From contig OZ244960.1 in assembly GCA_965222605.1 (NCBI GenBank), forward strand, positions 3,456,001 to 3,520,000: a stretch of 64,000 nucleotides of DNA, given 5' to 3'. The notes under the pieces were generated by a model, which worked only from the letters and a program-made list of their open reading frames with translations, was not told the origin of the DNA and ran no database searches. Within the stretch, counting starts at the first letter, position 1. The number at the start of each line of letters is the position of its first letter. This DNA is from Candidatus Latescibacterota bacterium (GTDB lineage: Bacteria > Latescibacterota > UBA2968). A program made the position numbers and the translations under genes. Shown here piece after piece: positions 1 to 10,985 of this stretch.

Positions 1-35
1 TTGATGGTTCGACCACGCATCCTGATTGCAGCACC

Positions 36-3000
36 ATGAGCACTGACCGTTGCCTGAACACAAGCCGCCGGACTGACCCCTCTCCCGCCACCGACCAGGG
101 CCGTCATTGGCTCCCTGGACGCCTTGCCTGCTACATGCTTGCCGTACTCGCCGCGCTGTCAATCCTGCCAGCGGCAGCGCAGGACCAGGACACCACCGCC
201 CCGGAACTGAGGTCCGTATCGATCAACAGAATACTACTGAGGCTGACCTACGACGAGGAACTGGACGATGATTCGGAGCCAGATATTTCGGCGTTCACGG
301 TCACTGTCAACGGTGCTTCCCGAGAAGTGAGGACGGTTGTCGTAATCAGAACATTTGTGTTGGTGTTTCTCTACTCACCAGTGCAGGCTGGCGAGACTGT
401 GACCGTGTCCTATACGGTACCCGCGACCAACCCGGTCCAGGACCTATCGGGAAATCGGGCCGCGGCCATTACCAACCTGCCTGTAAGCAACAACACTCCG
501 GCGACTGCTCCACCCGCGCCAACGAACCTCACCGCACAGGCCGGCGACAGATCGGTAGCACTGACCTGGACCACGCCAGGCAACGGTGGCAGCGCCATCA
601 CCAGGCATCAATACCGCGAAAAAGTGGAATCGGGTGCATTCGGCAACTGGATGAACATCTCCAACAGTGCCGAAGGCCAAGCCAACGCCAACAGCTACAC
701 CGTCTCGGACCTGACCAACGGCATCACCTACACCTTCGAGGTACGCGCGGTGAACGCACAAGGCGAAAGCGCCGAGTCCAATGAGGACAGTGCCAGGCCA
801 GCCGCAACCGTCACCTCAACCATCCCGCCTGCACCGACGAACCTCACCGCGCAGGCCGGCGACGCTCAGGTAACACTAACCTGGACCACGCCGGGCAACG
901 GCGGCAGCACCATCACCAGGCATCAATACCGCGAAAAAGTGGGGACGAGTTTGTTCGGCAACTGGATGAACATCTCCAACAGTGCCGAAGGCCAAGCCAA
1001 TGCCAACAGCTACACCGTCTCGGACCTGACCAACGGCATCACCTACACCTTCGAGGTGCGCGCTGCAAACGCACAAGGCGCAAGCACCGAGTCCAATGAA
1101 GACAGTGCCAGGCCAGCCACAGTACCCGACGCGCCGACCAACCTCACCGCGCAGGCCGGCGACGCTCAGGTAACACTGACCTGGACCACGCCGGGCAACG
1201 GTGGCAGCACCATCACCAAACACCAATACCGCGAAAAGATAGAATCGGGTGAGTTCGGCAACTGGATGAACATCCCCAACAGTGCCGAGGGCCAAGCCAA
1301 CGCCAACAGCTACACCGTCCCAAACAGAACCAACGGCATCACCTACACCTACCAGGTACGTGCTGTAAACGCACAAGGCGAAAGCACCGAGTCTAATGAG
1401 GACAGTGCCAGGCCAACAGCAACCGTCACCTCGACCGCCCCACCTGCGCCAACGAACCTCACGGCACAGGCTGGCGACAGATCGGTAACACTAACCTGGA
1501 CCACGCCGGGCAACGGCGGCAGTTCCATCACCAAACACCAATACCGCGAAAAAGTGGGGACAGGTGAGTTTGGCAACTGGACTAACATCCCCAACAGCAC
1601 CGAAGGTCAGACCAACGCCAACAGCTACACCGTCCCAAATAGAACCAACGGCACCACTTACACCTACAAGGTGCGCGCTGCAAACGCACAAGGCGCAAGC
1701 ACCGAGTCCAATGAAGACAGTGCCAGGCCAGCCACAGTACCCGACGCGCCGACCAACCTCACCGCGCAGGCCGGCGACGCTCAGGTAACACTGACCTGGA
1801 CCACGCCGGGCAACGGTGGCAGCACCATCACCAAACACCAATACCGCGAAAAGATAGAATCGGGTGAGTTCGGCAACTGGATGAACATCCCCAACAGTGC
1901 CGAGGGCCAAGCCAACGCCAACAGCTACACCGTCCCAAACAGAACCAACGGCATCACCTACACCTACCAGGTACGTGCTGTAAACGCACAAGGCGAAAGC
2001 ACCGAGTCTAATGAGGACAGTGCCAGGCCAACAGCAACCGTCACCTCGACCGCCCCACCTGCGCCAACGAACCTCACGGCACAGGCTGGCGACAGATCGG
2101 TAACACTAACCTGGACCACGCCGGGCAACGGCGGCAGTTCCATCACCAAACACCAATACCGCGAAAAAGTGGGGACAGGTGAGTTTGGCAACTGGACTAA
2201 CATCCCCAACAGCACCGAAGGTCAGACCAACGCCAACAGCTACACCGTCCCAAATAGAACCAACGGCACCACTTACACCTACAAGGTGCGCGCTGCAAAC
2301 GCACAAGGCGAAAGCACCGAGTCTAATGAGGACAGTGCCAGGCCAACAGCAACCGTTACCTCAACTGTCCCCCCTGCGCCAACGAACCTCACGGCACAGG
2401 CTGGCGACAGATCGGTAACACTAACCTGGACCACGCCGGGCAACGGCGGCAGTTCCATCACCAGGCATCAATACCGCGAAAAGATAGAATCGGGTGAGTT
2501 CGGCAACTGGATGAACATCCCCAACAGTGCCGAAGGCCAAGCCAACGCCAACAGCTACACCGTCCCAAACAGAACCAACGGCATCACCTACACCTTCGAG
2601 GTGCGTGCGGTGAACGCACAAGGCGAAAGCACCGAGTCCAATGAAGACAGTGCCAGGCCAGCCACAGTACCCGACGCGCCGACCAACCTCACCGCGCAGG
2701 CAGGTAACGCTCAGGTAACACTAACCTGGACCACACCGGGCAATGGCGGCAGTTCCATCACCAGGCATCAATACCGCGAAAAGATAGAATCGGGTGAGTT
2801 CGGCAACTGGATGAACATCCCCAACAGTGCCGAAGGCCAAGCCAACGCCAACAGCTACACCGTCCCAAACAGAACCAACGGCATCACTTACACCTACAAG
2901 GTACGCGCGGTGAACGCACAAGGCCAAAGCACAGAGTCCAATCAAGCCAGTGCTAGGCCGATCTTATCATCTTATCCCCCACTGAGCGTCTCACCAATAG

Positions 3001-5846
3001 CGTATAAAACTGTCGAACAGGGCAAACTAATTACCCCGATTCATTTATCAGCATCCGGAGGTTGGGAACCCTATACGTATTCCATATCTGGCGCACCAAC
3101 GGGTATCTCTTTATCAAGTGGTAATCGCATCACAGGCAGGCCCTCACAGAGTGGAACTTTCACAATTACTGTAACCGTGACCGATGTGCGTGGTAGTACT
3201 GGAGAGCATAGTTTCAGGATGAGTGTTTATTCGAAAGAGCTTACTAAAAAATTTTCTCCAATTTTGATTTTGACAGAACATCCAAGTAGAGAGGACCGCA
3301 AAGTGATCTTTCCCGAACCCGTGGAAATCATGGGTGCAGAATCTGTTTCTAATCTTAAGTTTCGTATTAACAACGTCCTGGGACAAGAATTATCTGATAG
3401 TTTTTATTCCGCCTTAACTTCATCTTGGCGTGATTATTTTAATAGTATTTACCAGAATACCATTAATAATTCTATTAATCTTTCAGAGAATAAATTTGCC
3501 TTCTTACCTGCGGCGTTAAGATATCAGGGAAGGCCACCGGGACTTGCAGATGGTATCTATTTTGTGCTTGCATATTTTGACTATCCTGGCGAACTGGAAA
3601 CAGGTGAAAATAGCTGGTATGATTATTATACTGGTACTACTGATCCTCCTCACCCTCAAGCCGGAGCTAATTTTGGCAACACAGCATACGTGCATATTTT
3701 TGATAAAGGTGATGGTAATGTCGTCATACAGTATTATTACTTTTATCCCTTTAATGATTTTCAAAATAACCACGAAGGGGATTGGCCACGCATTAATGTT
3801 ATTGTGGACTCCTTTGATCCAGATGACGCAGAACTCGTTGGAATTGACTACACATTTCATGGCAAGGGTCTAACCTATACCAGTACTGACGATAGGATTT
3901 TCAACCCTCAGACACGTTTTGTTGCACCAGCTGAAGGCGGAACGCATCCAGTTGTATATGTTGGAGCAGGTTCCCACGGTGGTTATCCTACCGGAGGTAA
4001 TTATCCGGATCCCGGTGGTGAAATAGCAGGGATAGGTTATGATGAAGATATGACAACGGATGGGCTTGTTCTGAATACTCAGGTCGAGGACACGCGGCGT
4101 GATGTTGCACAATCTTATGATTTAATATTTCTGCCCAATCCCGATCCAAATCAACCCAATATGGGTTTGTCACCAGAAATGAGTTGGTTGGGTACTACAG
4201 CACTATGGGGAACACCACGCGTTGATTCACCCGGTGATGGGCCATACGCCCAGTTTATAAGGGAAATACTAGATTTGATCCCGGGCACCTTATTTGACTT
4301 ACCCCGCGACTTAAATAAAGCAGCTCTAGGACCGGTTTATAGTGGCTGGAACACATCGGGAGCGAGTGGTTACGATAAGGTTAATGTACCTTATACCGAG
4401 TTTCAACAATTTCCAATCGTACAAAACGTTACATGGAGTGGCACAATAAAGCTGATTGGTGATATTGTTGTCTATCCCGGCGCAACTCTGACAATTGACG
4501 CTGGCACGACGATCAGAGCCGCTCCCAATCGAGATATTCACGGCATTATAGATGCAAATCACGTCGATATTATCAACTATGGAAAGATACGCGCCAATGG
4601 GACAAGCTTGCAACCCATTGTATTTCGTTCCGACACTTTGATTGCCTCGGCAGGAGACTGGTATGGCATCAGGAATCACGGCGATTTGACTATGAGCCAT
4701 TGCACGATTCAACATGCAGTGGTTGGTCTGGATTTGCAAGGGACGCAGACCTTGACGGATATGACATTGAATACCAATACCTATAACACCCCTCTAACAA
4801 TCACAGCAATAGAGGATGTTACAGCGACTCAAAATGGGGCGATTACAGATATACCGGTGAGTGCATCAGGAGGGTGGGAACCCTATACGTATTCCACATC
4901 TGAATTACCTTCAGGTATCGTTCTTGATCAAAATCAAAACAGGGTTTTCATCACTGGCACACCAACAGCGACTGCCTACTCTGACATTACAGTGACCGTG
5001 CGAGATGCTGTAAATGACGAGGCATCGACATCGTTTAACCTGTTTGTTTCTGCGGTTACTCAGCCCTTGAGTATCGAGTCAATAGCGGATGTGATAGCCA
5101 CTCAGGATGTCGCAATTACCCCCATACAGGTAGTAGCGTCAGGCGGTAGCGGGGCATATACGTATTCGATAGAGAGCAACCCTGAAGGTTTAATAGCGAG
5201 CGATCCTGACGAAGATCCTGGTCTTTCTATCGATTCGAATGGCCGCATCACAGGCGCACCCCCAGTGAGTGGGGATTTCAGGATCACGGTGACCGTGGAA
5301 GATGCCCCTCTTGGCCGTGCTCCCCCCACACAGGAAAGTCACTATTTCTCCATGACGGTCAATGCACCCACACACGTTACGCCGCCGCTGACAATCGTAG
5401 AGATAGATGATATAGCGATCAAGATCAGTGGTGTACAGACGAACAGCCCGATTACGCCTATTCAGGTCTCAGCATCAGGCGGACAAACGCCTTATACTTA
5501 TTCCATGTCCAGCAACCCTGCCACTGGTTCTGGTCTGTCCATCAATGCGAGCAACGGACAGATCACAGGCACGCCAACACAGAGAGGCACTTTCACACTG
5601 ACCGTGACTGTAACGGATAATGCAAGTACGACTGCAACTGAAAGTTTCTCAATGGCTGTCCGTCTGATAGGTGACTTTAATGGTGATGGTGTGGTCAATT
5701 TATCAGATCATTTACTTTTTTTAGAAGTGTTTGGTCTAACCGAAGATGACGATGGTTTTAATGCAGAGATGGATTTGAATGGCGATGGAACCATTGGTAT
5801 TCCCGATTTTCTGATCTTTGTAGATAACTTTGGCTCTTCTGCATAG
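36..5846 (+). CDS. Giant secreted surface protein or adhesin: signal peptide, SwmB-like domain, 8 fibronectin type III repeats, putative Ig (He_PIG-like) repeats, central Vps62/NPP1-like domain, short beta-helix, C-terminal dockerin-like EF-hand pair
   Basis: 1936-aa ORF. Hydrophobic leader LAVLAALSILPAAAQ (true start may be ATG 135). Eight PTNLTAQAG...LTWTTPGNGGS...YTFEVRAVNAQG units. SASGG-x-PYTYS...GQITGTPT Ig repeats. YYYFYPFNDFQNNHEGDW and HPVVYVGAGSHG motifs. C-terminus GDFNGDGVVNLSD...DLNGDGTIGIPDF. Confidence 0.9.
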   Translation: MSTDRCLNTSRRTDPSPATDQGRHWLPGRLACYMLAVLAALSILPAAAQDQDTTAPELRSVSINRILLRLTYDEELDDDSEPDISAFTVTVNGASREVRTVVVIRTFVLVFLYSPVQAGETVTVSYTVPATNPVQDLSGNRAAAITNLPVSNNTPATAPPAPTNLTAQAGDRSVALTWTTPGNGGSAITRHQYREKVESGAFGNWMNISNSAEGQANANSYTVSDLTNGITYTFEVRAVNAQGESAESNEDSARPAATVTSTIPPAPTNLTAQAGDAQVTLTWTTPGNGGSTITRHQYREKVGTSLFGNWMNISNSAEGQANANSYTVSDLTNGITYTFEVRAANAQGASTESNEDSARPATVPDAPTNLTAQAGDAQVTLTWTTPGNGGSTITKHQYREKIESGEFGNWMNIPNSAEGQANANSYTVPNRTNGITYTYQVRAVNAQGESTESNEDSARPTATVTSTAPPAPTNLTAQAGDRSVTLTWTTPGNGGSSITKHQYREKVGTGEFGNWTNIPNSTEGQTNANSYTVPNRTNGTTYTYKVRAANAQGASTESNEDSARPATVPDAPTNLTAQAGDAQVTLTWTTPGNGGSTITKHQYREKIESGEFGNWMNIPNSAEGQANANSYTVPNRTNGITYTYQVRAVNAQGESTESNEDSARPTATVTSTAPPAPTNLTAQAGDRSVTLTWTTPGNGGSSITKHQYREKVGTGEFGNWTNIPNSTEGQTNANSYTVPNRTNGTTYTYKVRAANAQGESTESNEDSARPTATVTSTVPPAPTNLTAQAGDRSVTLTWTTPGNGGSSITRHQYREKIESGEFGNWMNIPNSAEGQANANSYTVPNRTNGITYTFEVRAVNAQGESTESNEDSARPATVPDAPTNLTAQAGNAQVTLTWTTPGNGGSSITRHQYREKIESGEFGNWMNIPNSAEGQANANSYTVPNRTNGITYTYKVRAVNAQGQSTESNQASARPILSSYPPLSVSPIAYKTVEQGKLITPIHLSASGGWEPYTYSISGAPTGISLSSGNRITGRPSQSGTFTITVTVTDVRGSTGEHSFRMSVYSKELTKKFSPILILTEHPSREDRKVIFPEPVEIMGAESVSNLKFRINNVLGQELSDSFYSALTSSWRDYFNSIYQNTINNSINLSENKFAFLPAALRYQGRPPGLADGIYFVLAYFDYPGELETGENSWYDYYTGTTDPPHPQAGANFGNTAYVHIFDKGDGNVVIQYYYFYPFNDFQNNHEGDWPRINVIVDSFDPDDAELVGIDYTFHGKGLTYTSTDDRIFNPQTRFVAPAEGGTHPVVYVGAGSHGGYPTGGNYPDPGGEIAGIGYDEDMTTDGLVLNTQVEDTRRDVAQSYDLIFLPNPDPNQPNMGLSPEMSWLGTTALWGTPRVDSPGDGPYAQFIREILDLIPGTLFDLPRDLNKAALGPVYSGWNTSGASGYDKVNVPYTEFQQFPIVQNVTWSGTIKLIGDIVVYPGATLTIDAGTTIRAAPNRDIHGIIDANHVDIINYGKIRANGTSLQPIVFRSDTLIASAGDWYGIRNHGDLTMSHCTIQHAVVGLDLQGTQTLTDMTLNTNTYNTPLTITAIEDVTATQNGAITDIPVSASGGWEPYTYSTSELPSGIVLDQNQNRVFITGTPTATAYSDITVTVRDAVNDEASTSFNLFVSAVTQPLSIESIADVIATQDVAITPIQVVASGGSGAYTYSIESNPEGLIASDPDEDPGLSIDSNGRITGAPPVSGDFRITVTVEDAPLGRAPPTQESHYFSMTVNAPTHVTPPLTIVEIDDIAIKISGVQTNSPITPIQVSASGGQTPYTYSMSSNPATGSGLSINASNGQITGTPTQRGTFTLTVTVTDNASTTATESFSMAVRLIGDFNGDGVVNLSDHLLFLEVFGLTEDDDGFNAEMDLNGDGTIGIPDFLIFVDNFGSSA
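511..2960 (+). repeat. Intragenic tandem array of 8 FN3-coding repeats (300/315 bp units), including an apparently identical 615-bp duplication (~1054-1695 = ~1669-2310)
   Basis: Direct DNA repeats are visible. Shadow ORFs 1349..1600 and 1964..2215 translate identically at an offset of 615 bp. Confidence 0.9.
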
Positions 5847-5889
5847 TTTTTTAGTGCAAGAGACCTCTCTTTGTCAGGAGGAATACATC

Positions 5890-6687
5890 ATGACACATAT
5901 AGCAGCAATCATTCTGATTTTAGGTCTCTGTCTGCCCCAGGCTCTGATGGCAGGGGAGGTCCTTGAAGCCGGTGAGATTGACAGCAGCAAGGTAAAAGTC
6001 GGTGCCTATGCCGAGATCATCTATGGGACGGGTGAGCGGGATCAAGTCTCAGGGAAGTGGGAGAAACTAGATACCGCACAAGGATATATTAAAGCCGTTG
6101 ATGCAGAGAGTTTGACTATTGGACGCGGTCTTTGGAAGGAGCAAATAGCTTTTGAGCGCATACAAAAGCTGATCCTTGCAGAGTCTGGTCGTGAAATAGA
6201 CAGGCTTAAAAAGACAACTGATTCGCTTTCTGTGAGAAAAGAGAATGGGAACTCGCGAATGATCAAAAAGTTGGGCTGCGGTGCTCTTGCTGGGTTCTTA
6301 TCCGGCATTGTGGGGACCGCAATCGTTACAGCGATAGGTGACTGCCGATCTGAAAATCTAGGATGTTTTGTTGCACCAATTGCAATCGGTGGAGGGATTG
6401 GCTGGGTAGTCGGTGTGCCCGTCGGCGTGAGCTTATGTGATCCACATGATCGATTTACCTATTCATTGGCAGGCAGCCTGATAGGAAGTACAGTAAGTCT
6501 TGCGGTGCTCAAGATAGACGAAAAGACCGCACAAAACCTCTGGCAAGCCCTTGTTATCAGTCCCCTTATTGGCGCGGTGATCATGTCCGAGTTGTTCCGA
6601 AAACCGTTAGAGAACCGTCGTGTCTCTATCGGTCTGCTACCCGGTCCCAAAGGACGAGTATCCGCTGTTGCCACACTTCGATTTTGA
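5890..6687 (+). CDS. Array family A protein 1: signal peptide, small beta-rich domain, variable Gly-rich hydrophobic segment with Cys pair, C-terminal beta-hairpin ending in Phe
   Basis: GGAGG RBS then ATG 5890 (MTHIAAIILILGLCLPQALMA). DCRSENLGC. Ends RVSIGLLPGPKGRVSAVATLRF. Confidence 0.85.
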   Translation: MTHIAAIILILGLCLPQALMAGEVLEAGEIDSSKVKVGAYAEIIYGTGERDQVSGKWEKLDTAQGYIKAVDAESLTIGRGLWKEQIAFERIQKLILAESGREIDRLKKTTDSLSVRKENGNSRMIKKLGCGALAGFLSGIVGTAIVTAIGDCRSENLGCFVAPIAIGGGIGWVVGVPVGVSLCDPHDRFTYSLAGSLIGSTVSLAVLKIDEKTAQNLWQALVISPLIGAVIMSELFRKPLENRRVSIGLLPGPKGRVSAVATLRF

Positions 6688-6729
6688 GGAAGCTACCAAT
6701 ACCTGTCTGTTTCTGCGGCTGCTCGGCCC

Positions 6730-7497
6730 TTGAGTATCGAGTCAATAGCGGATATTATAGCCACTCAGGATGTGGCAATTACCCCCATACAGGTAAAAGC
6801 GTCAGGCGGTAGCGGGGCATATACGTATTCGATAGAGAGCGACCCAACCGAAGGTTCTGGTCTTTCTATCGATTCGAATGGCCGCATCACAGGCGCACCC
6901 ACAGCGAGTGGAAATTTCAGGATCACAGTGACCGTGGAAGATGCCCCTCCAGGCCGTGCTCCCCCCACACAGGTCAGTCGCTATTTCTCCATGACGGTAA
7001 ATGCACCCACACACGTTACGCCGCCGCTGACAATCGCAGAGATAAATGATATAACAGTCAAAATAAGTGGCGTGCAGACGAACAGCCCCATTACCCCTAT
7101 TCAGGTCTCAGCATCAGGAGGACAAACGCCATACTCCTATTCCCTGTCCAGCAACCCTGCCACAGGTGCTGGGCTGTCCATCAATGAGAACAGTGGACAA
7201 ATCACAGGCACACCCACACAGGCAGGCTCTTTCACACTAACCGTGAGTGTAACGGATAATGCAAGTACGACTGCAACTGAAAGGTTCTCAATGGCTGTCC
7301 GTCTGATAGGTGACTTTAATGGTGATGGTGTGGTCAATTTATCAGATCATTCACTTTTTGTGGCAGCGTTTGGCCTATCCGAAGATGACGATGGTTTTAA
7401 TGCTGAGATGGATTTGAATGGCGATGGAACCATTGGTATTCCCGATTTTCTGATCTTTGTAAGTCACTACCCTGGCACCGCTGCCCGGTTTTTTTAG
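6730..7497 (+). pseudogene. Start-less copy 1 of the giant gene 3' end (2 Ig + dockerin), alternative tail VSHYPGTAARFF
   Basis: DNA homology to ~5038-5830 begins at ~6701, upstream of the TTG. No RBS or signal peptide; frame open. Confidence 0.75.
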
Positions 7498-7565
7498 TAC
7501 ATAGGGCAACTCAAATGGTGCTCAGGTTCAGGGTTCACTCTCCATCTTTGTCAGGAGGAATTATC

Positions 7566-8378
7566 ATGACACATATAGCAGCAATCATTCTGATTTTGGG
7601 TCTATGTCTGCCACAGGCTCTGTTGGCAGGGGAGGTCTTTCAAGCCGGTGAGATTGACAGCAGCAAGGTTGAAGTCGGTGCCTATGCCGAAGTTATCTAT
7701 GGGACGGGAGAGCGGGATCAAGTCTCAGGGGAGTGGAAGAAACAGGAGGAGGCACAAGAATATATTAAAGCTGTTGATCAAGGAAGTTTGACCATTAGCC
7801 AGGGTTTGGGGAAGCGGATAGCCTTTGAGCGCATACAACAACTGATCCTTGCAGAATCATCTTTCGCAATGGACAGACTAAAAAAGACAATAGATACGCT
7901 TTTTGTGATAGAGACGACAGAGACGCCTTCTATGAGAATGGAGTACATGCCTGGGCGAATTGTTAGCAAGTTGGTCGGTGGCGTTCTTTGCGGAGGCCTT
8001 TTCGGATTTGTGGGGGGCCTGGTCACCGGGAAGGTGTCTTGCAAAAAATCCGACTCTGGAGAGATATGCGGCCTCCTAGCTTTCGTGGTTGGTGGGACAA
8101 TTGGCTATACAGTCGGCGTGCCCTTCGGCGTAAGCGTGCTTGATCCGCATGATCAATTCATGTATTCATTTGCAGGTAGCCTGATAGGAGGCGCAGCAGG
8201 CATTGCACTGACCCGCGCCGAAGAAGAGCTCTGGCCCTCCCTTCTTATCTGCCCACTTGTCGGAGCTACCATTCTGTCTGAGCTTACACGCAAACCGCCA
8301 GAGGCTCGTCGTGTCTCCATCGGTCTGCTACCCGGTCCCAAAGGCAGAGTATCCGCTGTTGCCACGCTTCGATTTTAA
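7566..8378 (+). CDS. Array family A protein 2
   Basis: GGAGG RBS, ATG 7566. Same N- and C-termini as A1 with a divergent middle (SCKKSDSGEICG). Confidence 0.85.
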   Translation: MTHIAAIILILGLCLPQALLAGEVFQAGEIDSSKVEVGAYAEVIYGTGERDQVSGEWKKQEEAQEYIKAVDQGSLTISQGLGKRIAFERIQQLILAESSFAMDRLKKTIDTLFVIETTETPSMRMEYMPGRIVSKLVGGVLCGGLFGFVGGLVTGKVSCKKSDSGEICGLLAFVVGGTIGYTVGVPFGVSVLDPHDQFMYSFAGSLIGGAAGIALTRAEEELWPSLLICPLVGATILSELTRKPPEARRVSIGLLPGPKGRVSAVATLRF

Positions 8379-8416
8379 GTAGCTACCAATACCTGTTTTC
8401 TGCTGCTACTCGGCCC

Positions 8417-9454
8417 TTGAGTATCGCAACAAAAGAGGGTGTGATAGCCACTCAGAATGTGGCAATTACCCCCATAAAGGTAAAAGCTTCAGGTGGTGAC
8501 GGAGCCTATACATATTCGATAGCAAGCGACCCTACCGGTTTAATAGCGACCGATCCTTCCACAGGTTCTGGTCTTTCTATCGATTCGAATGGCCGCATTA
8601 CTGGCACACCCACAGTGAGTGACGATTTCACGATCACAGTGACCGTGGAAGATGCCCTTGGCCGCGATTTACCCACACAGGTAAGTCGTTCTTTCACCAT
8701 GCGCGTTAAACCGCGCGTGACAGTCTCAGCAATAGGCAGTATCACCGTCACGCAGAACACCTCTATTACCCCTATTCAGGTCTCAGCATCAGGGGGACAA
8801 ACGCCATACTCCTATTCCCTGTCCAGCAACCCTGCCACGGGTTCTAATCTTTCTATCAATGCGACCAGTGGACAAATCACAGGCACACCCACACAGACAG
8901 GCACTTTCATACTTACTGTGACCGATGATCACGGCAGGACAGGAACACGCAGTTTCTCCATGACGGTAAATGCACCCACACACGTTACGCCGCCGCTGAC
9001 AATCGCAGAGATAAATGATATAACCGTCAAGATAAGTGGTGTGCAGACAAATAGCCCCATTACCCCTATTCAGGTCTCAGCATCAGGAGGACAGACGCCT
9101 TATGCCTATTCTCTGTCCAGCAATCCAGCCACAGGTTCTGGTCTGTCCATCAATGCAACCAATGGTCAAATCACTGGCACACCCACACAGGCAGGCTCTT
9201 TTACACTAACCGTGAGTGTAACGGATAATGCAAGTACGACTGCAACTGAAAGTTTCTCAATGGCTGTCCGTCTGATAGGTGACTTTAATGGTGATGGTGT
9301 GGTCAATATATCAGATCATTTACTTTTTTTAGAAGTGTTTGGTCTAACCGAAGATGACGATGGTTTTAATGCTGAGATGGATCTGGATGGCGATGGAACC
9401 ATTGGTATTCCCGATTTTCTGATCTTTGTAGATAACTTTGGCTCTTCTGCATAG
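8417..9454 (+). pseudogene. Start-less copy 2 of the giant gene 3' end (3 Ig + dockerin)
   Basis: Homologous to ~5060-5846 plus an extra Ig repeat (PRVTVSAIGSITVTQNTS). No RBS or signal peptide. Confidence 0.75.
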
Positions 9455-9496
9455 TTTTTTAGTGCAAGAGACCTCTCTTTGTCAGGAGGAATCATC

Positions 9497-10078
9497 ATGA
9501 GACATATAGCAGCAATCGTACTGATTTTGGGATTCTGTCTGCCCCAGGCTCTGTTGGCAGGGGAGGTCCTTCAAGTCGGTGAGATTGACAGGCTTAAAGA
9601 GACAACTGATACGCTTTCTGTAAAAAAAGAGAACAAATCCAGACGGATTGTTGGCAAGTTGGCAGGTGGTGTCCTGGGGGGAACACTTTTCGCCCTTGCG
9701 GGGGGCGCAGCCAGTGCAGCGATCAGTGACTGTACAGAGGACGAGACATTTTGTAAATTAGGAGATAGTTTAATTGGTGGATGGGTTGGCTATCTCGTCG
9801 GCGTACCCATAGGCATTAACCGAATGGATCCATACGATCAATTTAAGTATTCATTGGCAGGTAGCCTGATGGGAGGTGCTGCAAGTCTTGCGGTGTTCAC
9901 GATGGTGGAAGACGAGACAGCGGAAAACCTCTGGCCAGCCCTTGTTATCTGCCCTCTTGTTGGCGCGGCGATCATGTCCGAGTTTTTTCGAAAACCGTTA
10001 GAGAATCGTCGTGTCTCTATCGGTCTGCTACCCGGTCCCAAAGGAAGAATATCCGCTGTTGCCACGCTTCGATTTTAA
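9497..10078 (+). CDS. Array family A protein 3 with in-frame internal deletion of the N-terminal domain
   Basis: ATG 9497. GEID is joined directly to RLKETTD. Conserved ...ATLRF end. Confidence 0.8.
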   Translation: MRHIAAIVLILGFCLPQALLAGEVLQVGEIDRLKETTDTLSVKKENKSRRIVGKLAGGVLGGTLFALAGGAASAAISDCTEDETFCKLGDSLIGGWVGYLVGVPIGINRMDPYDQFKYSLAGSLMGGAASLAVFTMVEDETAENLWPALVICPLVGAAIMSEFFRKPLENRRVSIGLLPGPKGRISAVATLRF

Positions 10079-10147
10079 GTAGCTGCCAGTGCCTTTGTCT
10101 CAAGGGAAATGAGCCAGTAACCCCGTAACCTGAACCATGTTTGAACT

Positions 10148-10942
10148 GCTGGCGCACCTTCAGCGAGTGGAAATTTCACGATCACAGTGACCGTGGAAGA
10201 TGCCCCTGGCCGTGATTTACCCACACAGGTAAGTCGCTCTTTCTCCATGACGGTCAATGCACCCACACACGTTACGCCGCCGCTGACAATCGCAGAGATA
10301 GATGATATAGCGATCAAGATCAGTGGTGTACAGACGAACAGCCCGATTACGCCTATTCAGGTCTCAGCATCAGGCGGACAAACGCCTTATACTTATTCCA
10401 TGTCCAGCAACCCTGCCACTGGTTCTGGTCTGTCCATCAATGCGAGCAACGGACAGATCACAGGCACGCCAACACAAAGAGGCACTTTCACACTGACTGT
10501 GACTGTAACGGATAATGCAAGTACGACTGCAACTGAAAGTTTCTCAATGGCTGTCCGTCTGATAGGTGACTTTAATGGTGATGGTGTGGTCAATATATCA
10601 GATCATTTACTTTTTTTAGAAGTGTTTGGTCTAACAACACTTCGGACAGTTTTTAGGTGTAGAGGTTCTTTGAAATCAACAGGTTAGATGAGGCCCCATG
10701 TTTTATTTGCAACTTAGACCTATACCTTGAGTTTAATAAAAAAACAGATAATTCTGTAACCTTTTGTATTATAGAGACTTAGGATTTTTTGAATAATTGA
10801 AGACCGATCAAAAAGTGTCCGAACCATTGGTCTAACCGAAGATGACGATGGTTTTAATGCTGAGATGGATTTGAATGGCGATGGAACCATTGGTATTCCC
10901 GATTTTCTGATCTTTGTAAGTCACTTTGGCTCCTCTGCATAG
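10148..10942 (+). pseudogene. Start-less copy 3 of the giant gene 3' end, interrupted by a MITE in the dockerin
   Basis: Homology runs to ...GGTCTAA at 10634, resumes at 10830 and ends at TAG 10942. Confidence 0.85.
10635..10829. mobile_element. MITE (non-autonomous IS derivative, 195 bp)
   Basis: Terminal inverted repeats CAACACTTCGGACAGTTTTT and reverse-complement CAATGGTTCGGACACTTTTT (16/20). Target duplication GTCTAA (apparent direct repeat up to 10 bp, TTGGTCTAAC). AT-rich, no ORF. Other array units show the empty site. Confidence 0.9.
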
Positions 10943-10985
10943 TTTTTTTAGTGCAGGAGACAGATCTTTACCAGGAGGAATCATC

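Noticed and set aside
511-2960. Regular repeats as a CRISPR array
   Set aside because: Units are 300-315 bp in-frame coding repeats with no unique spacers, and no cas genes are present.
5830-5889. N-terminal extensions of array genes overlapping the dockerin stop (also 10926, 12586, 14139, 15840, 17605)
   Set aside because: Clear GGAG-type RBS and signal peptides point to the downstream ATGs.
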